From Paragordius varius (lineage: Eukaryota; Animalia; Nematomorpha), in NCBI GenBank assembly GCA_964247055.1, contig OZ176054.1, positions 1,426,001 through 1,490,000 of the forward strand: a DNA stretch of 64,000 nt, written 5' to 3'. A program made the position numbers and the translations under genes. The notes under the pieces are model-generated. The model had not been told where the DNA came from and did not search any database. It saw nothing but the letters and a program-made list of their open reading frames with translations. This document shows, piece by piece, positions 40,001-49,772 of this stretch (positions within the stretch are counted from its first letter, which is position 1; each line of letters opens with the position of its first letter).

Positions 40001-43000
40001 AAATGAGAAAATTTTTGATTGTCATAAAGTTCCTTAAGATTTTATGACGGAAAACGCCATCTTTATATTTAATAACAACATAATATGGAGATTATTATTA
40101 TTAGACTACCTTGGCAATTAAAGTTATAGTACCTTCTATCAAGCAATAGGCGGCTTTAAGAAACTGTCATCTTAAAATTTTTGTTTAATAAATCACGTAT
40201 TGTGTCTTCTAATTGCAAAGGTAGCTGAATTGTATTAATCTCCATATTATGTTGTTATTAAATAAAATTTTTAACTTTTATAACTGTTTTTTTTTTACCG
40301 AAATTAAAACTATTACAAAAGGTAAACTGACACAAAATGAAAGGGTAAAGTTTTAAAATGTAGCCCCACCTTTGAGTTATAAGAATATATAAAATTTAAA
40401 TCCCGTGACCTATTACTAAAATTTGAAATTAAACAGCAAAACTAAAAATAAACAAAAATACAATCATATATCATAATTTTGAATAAGGTCGAAAATAGGA
40501 ATTCGACATCTAAATTAGAAATACCCTTAAAAAATAATAAAATTGTTATTATATAGTTAATGTTGCAAAATTTAGATTTTAAAAAATGTGGTCGTCTTTT
40601 CTAAAACGTTGCCTTTATACTAATAACTGTTTAATTCTCTAATCTAAACAACGAAAAATTTGTATATTCAATAATAATATTGGAATATAAATAAGTAACC
40701 CCAAATATCACCTCAATAATTTAACTTACTTTTTAATGCGTTATAGATTTTAATGAATTTGATTATTATTAATATAACTTATATTTTATAAATTATTATA
40801 AACTTTTTGTGCTCTTTAGAAATTAATTTAAATAAATAACATAATATATAATACTTGATCTTCTATAATATACAATTATAGATATTGGACCTAGCACAAG
40901 TAACAGTTTAATATCTAAAAATAAATTTTCTATTTTCTATTCATAATTAATTAGGTCGACAAAATCAACACGTTTCACACCGCATTCAAACGGAAAATTC
41001 AGGTAATGTATAGTCGCAAAAGATACTAATATTTTTATTAAAATTAATATCTATTTTTAATTTTTGTAGAGCCTCAACCAAGCACAAGTAAGACATCTAA
41101 TTAATTATTTTTAAACATTTGTTTGATGATTACAATATTTTTTTAGGTCAACAAAACGCCGAAATTCAGGAAGAAAATAGGGAGACGGCACGAACATGTT
41201 ATTTTTGTTTAATTACTAGCTCAATTTTTAAATATAAATGATTTAAATTATAATAATAATCTAATTTTCATTTAGTCCGAACAAACATAGATGAAAACGG
41301 TTTGACATATATTATTGATATGTAAAAAAAGATATAACAATATTACATAATTTTCTCTTCATTAATGTCTATTTTAATATTAAAATAATTGGGCTCTATG
41401 ATTATCGGAAAATACCGATATTCAAGGGTGCAATTCGGATTTTGCCAAATTTTTTTAAGCTTATCAATATATTAGGAAAAATGGGTTAGAAATAGGCTAA
41501 ACGTCCATTATTGTCATTAAAAAATTTCCATTCAAAATCTAAAAATGGCAAATTAGAATTAAACGTAAAAAAAACTGAAAATCGATCGACTTTTAAAATT
41601 TTTCACAAATTCAGACCTGGTTATATAAAATAAAAAAATATATATGAGCTTTTATTAGCATATAATACCCAAAAAATTTTTATTAAATGTGATTCGTTTG
41701 CCTATAAATATAAAGTATTTAAAGCATATTATTTTACAAATTGTTCCCTATAATATCATATAAATATATATTACCGTTTTTGGGTCTAAATATTTAGAAT
41801 TAATGGCTCAAGCTTACCGAGAGTTTGAACAAATGAGGACTAACAGTAACTTTTAAATAACTAAACTATATTTATACAATCCTTGGAAAAGCGAATAAAC
41901 CTATTAATATTATGCGCATTTAGTATACAATAGAATCAAAATCAAAATGGATGAATGCATGATTGGTAATTATAATCATGTGTAATGATCACCAACCAAT
42001 ATATCTAAATTAATTTTATAATTTAGAATTGCAAGATTGGATGAGAAGTACATCATATATTTCTAAAGCAAACTCTTGTATTATAGTGTGTAATAGGGGT
42101 TAGCCCTTGTACGTTTTGGCAAACTCAATTGTTTCATAGAGATGATGATGGGCTCTTTTAAAGTCCGAATAAAATTAGGTGTCAAACACGCCATATAAGA
42201 GAAATAAATATAAAAAACAAAAGAAAAAACAGCGGTATAGTTTTTTGGCTCTACCTTTACAACCAAAAAGCGAAAACGCTAAAATACCATATGTTTGTAT
42301 TATCAGCCAGCAAATATTTTGTATAACCATTTTTCTAATCCAAACCTAAAACCCGATAAAACTCCAAAACACTAATTTAAATTTTTGCATATCATTAAGT
42401 TTTGAATTTATCATAAAAACAATAAATAATTTAGCTCACAAAGAAAATTTTTGAATTGAGAGTTAATTTGTGTATCATATAATCCATTCAACATTACGAG
42501 GTACATCTTACACCTGATATACTATTTATAGAATTGAAAAATAAAAATACACAAAAGTTTTTCTATCGGGAAGTTTTTGATGATTTTAACATGTTAAAAT
42601 TAAGCATACCACAAAATCGGTCTCTTTCAAAAATTTAAATTTTTAAAGCGAGCTCTCTTAATATCATGAATTTAATACAAACATATGGTGCATTATTAGT
42701 ATTTTGAATCAAAATTTATAGCCAAAATAAAAACTGTTTTAAAATTTTTATTGTAAAACATTTATTTCTCCATCTGATTTCCATTTTTTGCCTTTAGAGC
42801 ACATCTACTTTATTTGAAAATTGAGTTTCCAACGCGAGATATTCTTGGAAGGGACAAATTAGTTGTCGTTGATCTTTTAAATTTAAATCCGATAAAAATT
42901 GGCGGGCTTATGTGAAAAATAACAAAAGTCGGTTAAAAACTAAGTTGTTTAAAAAACTGCCATTATATATTTTATTAAATAAAAAAATTGTCAAAGTGAG

Positions 43001-44539
43001 ATAATATAAATAAATTTAGATGTTTGGGTTTAATTAATTATGTATTTTAAAAGTATACTAAATTATGTAAAAATCTTGTTATAGGGTTAAAATACTGAAA
43101 TATCGCCCCATTTCAAAATTTTAATTTACTTTAAAGTTTAAAAATATATATATATATATATATATATCGATATAAGCTTACTAGAAAAAAAAATTTCTCC
43201 AACTCACCATGTGAAATATAGTTATTTACAATAGGAAGGAATCAATTCTTTACTTTATATAATTAGCACCATTTCACTATTTTTACTGATATTTATCAAA
43301 AAATATAAATTATTATTTTAAAATTTACTAAAATGCCATTTTTTATATTATGAAAGCTGATTTCGCAAAAAGCCAAAATCTTTGATGTTATAATATGTTA
43401 AAAATTGTAAATTATTCCATAGATTTAGCCCTAAACATTCGGGATATTCCAAGTAAATAATTAAAACTTATTCTATTTAATTTTGTTATCTGGTTTAATA
43501 TATGATTTACTTTTGAATTTTTAAAATAAAATAATAATAATAATAATAACCTTAACAATCACTTTTTATCGATGATATATTTATTGGGGTTTTTAGTTTA
43601 ATAATTTAAAATATTTTTTCTATTAGGATTGAAAAGCATTCTACAAAGTACGTAACACCTAATATTTTTTTATATAATACTTTTGTAATTTTTTTCACGA
43701 GTGAATCAACAATTCTATTAGTAAACTAAAAATAAACTGATTTTTCAACATTTTTTCCGCCCTATAATTTTTATCTGAATTAACCTGTTACATCCCAAAA
43801 TATTTTTAACTGTTTCTATTTAATAATTAAATGTATTTTTTAGCATTGAAATATCTCTTTTTTTTGTCTTGTTCGCATAGACTCGATATAATTAATCTGT
43901 TTAAAAATGATTTAATTCTTTCATAAGCTTTATTTCCAACAAATTATAAAATTCTGTTCATATAAAAATTATTTAAATTTTTGAAATTACCCATTTTTCC
44001 ATCAAATTCCATTATATATATATATATAATATTTATGTGTTCAAGAATATAAGCAATTGATAGAGGGTAAAATAATTTTGTAATTTCTTTCCATGAGATG
44101 GAATAATAAAATCTTTAATTTTTAGAATTGCATGTCTCTGAATTACCATTTCCACGTATATAATGCCATTTGTATAATTCTAATTCAAAATTTATAACAT
44201 CTATTATATATATCTGATAGAATACAATAATTATGGTATTAATATAATTTTGCTATACATACAACATACAAATTTCAAAAGTTTTATGACTGTATGGTAT
44301 AAAATAATTTTTTTAGAATATACAGGATTCCTAAATTGGCTAACGGGTAACATCAATACTATTTAAGATAAAAATTTTTACAAATTAATTTAAAAAGCCA
44401 AAATTAATGAAATTTCTTTTGGAATTTATTAGAGGCCGAACGCATGGAACTCGGACGTAAAAATACCTTTTTTAATTATTTCTGCCGAAATTGTAATATT
44501 TTAAATATTTTAGCCGTTACCGCATTTAACATTCATTGA
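29130..44539 (+). CDS. Micro-exon-rich coding region (3' part of the MEG-like locus or a separate gene)
   Basis: About 40 GT-AG exons of 15-60 bp, all multiples of 3 and open in phase 1. Examples: 29130-29180, 30094-30111, 30227-30256, 30645-30680, 30744-30758, 32569-32628, 32654-32686, 34157-34186, 34232-34258, 34598-34657, 35599-35655, 36530-36586, 39110-39166, 39370-39396, 41798-41845 and terminal 44514-44539. The C-terminus reads ELMAQAYREFEQMRTNIYNRIKIKMDECMIELQDWMRNLALNIRDIP...RFLNWLTEAERMELGPVTAFNIH*. Confidence 0.78.
29430..29590. mobile_element. Short degenerate MITE family C copy
   Basis: CAACATTTTTCCAAGCAAACGCAACATTATTTCAAGC ... GTTTGCTTGAAAAAATGTTGC...AAAAATGG-TA. Confidence 0.6.
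30293..30562. mobile_element. MITE family D
   Basis: TA-GAGTAAAAATTGAAATTATACGGACAAAACG ... GGTTGTCTTTT...CCGTTTTATCCGTA. Confidence 0.7.
31582..31845. mobile_element. MITE family D, degenerate
   Basis: AAATTACACAAACAAAACGTAAAAATT...AAAAGACAACC left arm; TTTTATGTTTGTC right arm. Confidence 0.55.
33737..33977. mobile_element. MITE family B, degenerate
   Basis: TCATTTAAACTTCAAATTGACC...CCCTTGAACAATTT ... AAGGGTGAATTGGAATCGTAAATGG-TA. Confidence 0.6.
34269..34321. repeat. Compound (CA)n(TA)n microsatellite
   Basis: Directly visible. Many other (TA)n tracts occur in introns (e.g. ~17492, 23550, 24198, 24688, 30136, 43144, 44668, 63022). Confidence 0.95.
37094..38621. mobile_element. ~1.5-kb insertion bounded by family-D termini
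   Basis: Left TA-GAGTAAAGCTGGAAATTATACGGACAAAACG; right TTTGTTCGTATAATTTTAATACTG-TA. It interrupts the intron of cassette copy 4, whose flanks match the uninterrupted intron of copy 3. Confidence 0.6.
40066..40264. repeat. Small inverted-repeat element
   Basis: TTTAATAACAACATAATATGGAGATTA...CTACCTTGGCAATTA / TAATTGCAAAGGTAG...TAATCTCCATATTATGTTGTTATTAAA. Confidence 0.7.
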
Positions 44540-44667
44540 TGTGTCCGTATATCGATGGGATTATATTAATACTTTTCTATCAATGCATTTTTTTGTTGAT
44601 ACAACATGTTGCGGGTTACTACAGGGATTTTTTGTCATCTAACATGAAATAAATTTTGTTATTCATC

Positions 44668-44700
<33 letters not shown>

Positions 44701-44730
44701 AGGATAGTTTAAAGACTGTAAAAAATATAG

Positions 44731-45247
44731 ATGACTGCAAACATTTCAAAATTAATACAAAATATGACGCTCGCTAGGTCGGAATATCGTAAAATGCCTT
44801 CTAAAAATATCTTGCTAAAGAAAGTATTTATCCTGTATCGTGGCATTTATCAAATAAGATCAACGATTCATGGAATCCAAATAATTTTACATAAGGCAAA
44901 CATGCACATCACTAAAACCATTCGGTTTTTTTCGGACCCAAAGTTTAAGCAGAAACTATGTCATGTTGAAAAATAATTCAAATAAATGCTATGAAATACA
45001 CGAGGATCTTAAAAACGTATTTTATTTACCGGAATCTAATAAGATTTTTTCTCAAAACCAGACATTAAAAACCGAAAATTTAAAATTAATGCCTCCTTCA
45101 AACATTTCATTCAATGATCATTATGATACAATTTGTAACATAGTACTGTCACAAAGTGAATTCATTAAACATTTAGAATTAGAAGTTGAACGATTAATGA
45201 ATGAAATTAATAGGTTCCAAGAACTACTTTTAGCCGACAATATATAA
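44731..45247 (+). CDS. Two-exon small protein (~148 aa) with C-terminal coiled coil
   Basis: Exon 44731-44822 plus a 73-nt GT-AG intron plus exon 44896-45247 fuses the two listed ORFs in frame. The C-terminus is TICNIVLSQSEFIKHLELEVERLMNEINRFQ. Confidence 0.55.
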
Positions 45248-45800
45248 ATTAAGTAGGAACATATATTAATTTTTCAAATCTTACAAATGGCAATAAATCT
45301 GGTTTATATTTATTTTTTATTTAACTCTTTATTTAAATGTACTTTTTATACCTCAAATTTACTCTCGAACAGTTTATTTTAAGTTTACCCATAAATATTT
45401 TAGAGTTATCTAAACATTACAAGTTCCTATAATTGCCTTTCTGAAAGTCAAAATTTACCAATATTTTTTTATAAACAAAATTTTGTTTGAATCAACATAA
45501 TAGAGAAAAAAATAATAAAATAGGCTATCCCATGACCAATTATTTCATATCAATAATGAGCTAGATTCGCCTAAAACACGTAATAAATTAGTAAGATGAG
45601 TCCAATATATTGAGTAAATAAAAATGTTTGAGGTGGGGAATTTAAAATTTATTAAGGGGAAATTGGAGGTTTAAATGGTATAGAAAGTTTTAAAATGAAT
45701 AAATATACCAGATGGTGTCACTAATTTATGGTGAAATAATGGATTAAAAAAAAACGATAATATATTAAAATTACAACATGGTAGCTCTTTTTAAATATAA

Positions 45801-46371
45801 TACCATTTGCACTTCAAGAGTGTCCTTGAACACTTCAAGTTGGTCCTTAAAATTTATAAATTTTGATTTAACCATAATTTTTGCATTTATTTTTTTATTT
45901 TATTATTTATTAACCTAGTTTTCTTTATTTATTATATATTTATTCATTTAAAAATATTTTTTATATAAAAACCACTTTTTTTCAAATTATTTTTTTATTG
46001 AACAGAATTATTGACTTTTAAATGTTTTTAATGAAAAATTTGAATTAATAACCCAGAAAAATTATATATTTTTTCATTTCGTGTTAAAATCTTATAAATA
46101 TCCAAAATTATTTTAGGAAATTAATAAATATATACGGTTTCACAAAGATTAAAAGTTGATATCGATTTAAAATTTATGATAATAATAGAAAATAGGTTAA
46201 AAACAATAAAATAGATGAATTACTTAAGATTTGATTGATAAAACCAAAACAAAAAAGTAAAAAGACCAACTTAAAATGTTCAAGGACCAACTTGAATTGT
46301 TCAAGGACCAACTTGAAATGTTTTAAGACCAACTTGAAGTGTCCAAGGACACTCTTGAAGTGCAAATGGTA
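45801..46371 (-). mobile_element. MITE family A (opposite orientation to the 10604 copy)
   Basis: TA-CCATTTGCACTTCAAGAGTGTCC ... GGACACTCTTGAAGTGCAAATGG-TA; the internal region is the reverse complement of 10604-11143. Confidence 0.88.
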
Positions 46372-46490
46372 AATCTAAAATTATGTGTTTTGAAAAAAAT
46401 TGGCTACATTCATAAATTTTAGATTGGCTAATAACCAAACAGTTATATTTTCCTGTATAAAATATCAATATTGTTAAAAAATCTAATATA

Positions 46491-47311
46491 TATCATTTGC
46501 ACTTAAAGAGTGTCCTTGAACACTTCAAGTTGGTCTTTGAACATTACAAGTTGATCCTTGAACAGTTCAAGTTGGTCCTTAAACAATTCAAGTTGTCCTT
46601 GAACAATTCAAGTTCCTTGAACATTTCAAGTTGGTCCTTTGACTTTTTTGTTTTGTTTTTAACTTTTATCAATCAAATCGTAAAAAATTCATCTATTTAT
46701 TGTTTTTAACCTATTTTCTATTATTTATCATAAATTTTAAATCGATATCAACTTTTATGAGAAACCGTATATCTTTATTAATTTCTTAAAATAATTTTGG
46801 ATATTTATAAGATTTTTACACGAAATGAAAAAATTATAAGTTTTCTGCGTTATTAAATAAAGTTTTTCCTTAAAAACATTTAAAAGTCAATAATTTTGTT
46901 CAATTGAAAAAAAATAGTTTGAAACAAAAAAGTGGTTTTTCAATAAAATTTTTTATTTAAAAATGAAATATTATAAATAAAGAAAATTAGGTTAATAAAT
47001 AATAAAATAAAAAAATAAATGCAAAAATTATGGTTAACTCAGCATATATAAATTTTAAGGACCAACATGAAATGTTCAAGGACCAATTTGAAATGTTCAA
47101 GGACCAACTTGAACTGTTTAATGACCAACTTGAACTGTTCAAGGGCCAACTTGAACTGTTCAAGGGCCAACTTGAACTGTTTAAGGACCAACTTGAATTG
47201 TTTAAGGACCAACTTGAACTGTTTAAGGACCAACTTAAACTGTTTAAGGACTAACTTGAAATGTTCAAGGACCAACTTGAAATGTTGGACACTCTTGAAG
47301 TGCAAATTGTA
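46491..47311 (+). mobile_element. MITE family A with expanded 21-bp repeats
   Basis: Same TIRs; about 11-12 copies of the 21-mer GTTCAAGGACCAACTTGAACT in the right arm (47055-47290). Confidence 0.88.
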
Positions 47312-48687
47312 TACCTTAGCCCATTTTAGATGCCGGAAGATATGATATAAAATATAATATTTCGATTTCGATTTAAATAATTTATGGACAGTATCAAAGT
47401 ATCGTTTTAACCCAGAAAATCATGAATAAATAAAAAAGTCAAAAACGGCGTCTACCAAAGAGATAAGACGGTATAATTGTAAATTATTGTGTGTTTTAGC
47501 CACGGCATAAATTATTGTGATTAACAAAGTTGATGAATATTGAAATTAAAAGTGATTGATTATTTCAATAATAAGCCTTAAATAGATTCAATATACTATG
47601 CTGGTCAAATTCATTATGTATTTTTATCATTACTTTTGGAAGACAATTTTCAAGATTTTATAGGTTTTTGTTACAATTGTAGCCGTTTGTAATAATTTGT
47701 TAATAAACACAATCCATTACATTTTTTATCAAATATTTTTTTAAAGTTAAGAAAATTATTGAACATTTTAATCTAATCAATGATGGTATAATTTCTAGGG
47801 GTGAATCTCTAAACAAAAATAAGGCCAGCCATCTGTTGCACCATGAAACGATTAAAAATAATGTTGTATGTTTTGTCGGCGTAAATGTCGGTTTACTATA
47901 TAATCATTTGAAGACAAAAATTAACCATAATATAGTCGAACCTTAATACTTAATTTTTATGTCGAATTAAATATGGTCATTGTGATGTGTCCGTAGACTG
48001 TTATATGTGGTGAGACTAGGTGTCTTGACTTTATTAGGTGTATGCATTTCATTATATAACTTATAAAGCTGCCCCACAATGAGAAAATGTCTTGAGGAAA
48101 TCTTAAAAACGTTATTGACAAATTAAGAAGGTTGCCCTGGCATGGTACAGGCAGTAAAAAACGATAATCAATTAATTTTTTCCAAAGTAGGGAGAATTGA
48201 AAATAGTGTATTGCATATCAAGAGGAGTATATCATAAGTTATACAGTCTCGATTAACTTAATACCAAATTGTAGCAGGCTTTACATTTAATTTTTTTTAT
48301 AAATATTGATATTTAAAAAGTTTTGATTAAACATTCCCACCAAATTGAGTGTCAATGTTTCTGAAAAAAAATCAATTGAATTATACCAGATAATTATTGG
48401 TTTAGAACAGGCCAGGATGAGTGAGTTATCAACAAGATTTTTAAAGGATTACTAAATATACGCTTTATGTAGCCATGCTCTAGAAAGCTTTAAATCAATG
48501 AAAAAAAATAAAATGCTAAACTTATTAAAAAATTAAAAAAATCATTATCAATGAGATCCTTGTATCTATAATCGCTGAAATATTTTCTGCATATCGGGGG
48601 CAAATATTGATAAATTATACATGAGATCTTTATTAAGCTACAATTTGCTTCTAGTTATATCCTACATATAAATTCTCCAAATTTTTT

Positions 48688-48723
48688 GCGGCCCCTCGGG
48701 GGGCCCCCTGTTGGAAACCACCG
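48688..48723. mobile_element. Orphan hAT (Buster/Charlie-like) terminus
   Basis: The reverse complement reads CGGTGGTTTCCAACAGGGGGCCCCCCGAGGGGCCGC, resembling CAGTGGTTxCCAACCTGGGG termini. No partner end or TSD was found. Confidence 0.35.
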
Positions 48724-49570
48724 GTTAAAAATAGAAAAATTTCTCATAAAAAATTGGGATTAAGGAAGTTTTGGCCACCATTTTTATGCCTCAAGAAAAT
48801 TTTAAAATCTATCACTCACCTCATAATTATATACAAAGAATTATGTATGTGTTTTTCGCCATTTCTTTTTATTTAGAAATCACAATAATCAGTCATATTT
48901 GTTTATAGTCTTTTATATTAATAGAGATTTGGATTTAGTGTAATAAGGAAGTATAATGTTTTAACTTTAATTTTTCTAAGAAAGAGGCGCCTTATCAAAT
49001 ATAAAAATTTGGTATTTTAAAGAAATACGGATTTTAATAATTTCCGAAAATATGCTATTCGAATTTAATGGTAATGTAAATATAAATCGGAATAAAATTT
49101 TCTAAAATAGCAGTTTGATTAAATTATGATTTTTTTACAGTTCTAAGTTTGAACAATAAAATTTTAATAAAGACTTTATTTTTACAAATGTGGTCCGTCG
49201 GTTTTCCAGAATATTCTGCCCTCCAAACTTATTGATATGGGCATTACTGTTAAGGGTGATTCTTTGGAGAAAAATGTATAAATTAAGATGTTAAATTATT
49301 AGTAATAAAATAAAAATTATGCTAATATATAGGCAAATATGATCTCGACGGACCACTATCGAAGGGCTCTTTTAATAAACAGCGTCCTATACCAATTAAC
49401 TCATGCTAATTATTATTCACCTATCTAATTTATAAATAGACCCTAGTTTTTAAATTATAATTTTTCAAAGTGTGAATAAGGAAAATAATAAGCATAAAAA
49501 AAATCATTTTATTTAAATTTATTTAAATTATTTTTTTTATTATATTATTCAGTAATTTAAATTATTTTAA

Positions 49571-49772
49571 CCAAAAGGTTTTTTTAATATTTTACAAAAA
49601 GGTCGTTATGCGGATATTGACCCTTTTGATTCCGATCGGTGAGGGAAAGATGGGTGCCTTTAAACACCTAACCTTGTGTATTAGACAAATATCTATATTG
49701 TACTTTCACCCATAGTATTTCGACAATGGGGGAAAGGTATGGGCCATTATCCGCATAGTAACCCTTTTGTAA
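49571..49772. mobile_element. Small inverted-repeat element whose right arm hosts the Helitron insertion
   Basis: TACAAAAAGGTCGTTATGCGGATATTGACCC / GGGCCATTATCCGCATAGTAACCCTTTTGTA. Possible TTAA-CC (49567) and GG-TTAA (59943) outer ends. Confidence 0.5.

Noticed and set aside
47055-47290. GAA-nnn-TTC arrays in MITE repeats as heat-shock elements
   Set aside because: Canonical HSEs need GAAnnTTC (2-nt spacing); here the spacing is 3.
46174-47345. Heptad-repeat ORFs (HFKLVLEQFKLVL..., FKDQLELFKDQL...), also at 10976-11170
   Set aside because: They are translations of the 21-bp MITE-A repeats (7-codon period), open in several frames on both strands and confined within TIRs.
47400-48660. Possible decayed transposase next to the orphan hAT terminus; similar eroded coding-like DNA at 63400-64000
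   Set aside because: Too many stops and no diagnostic motif; a tBLASTn/HMM search would be needed.
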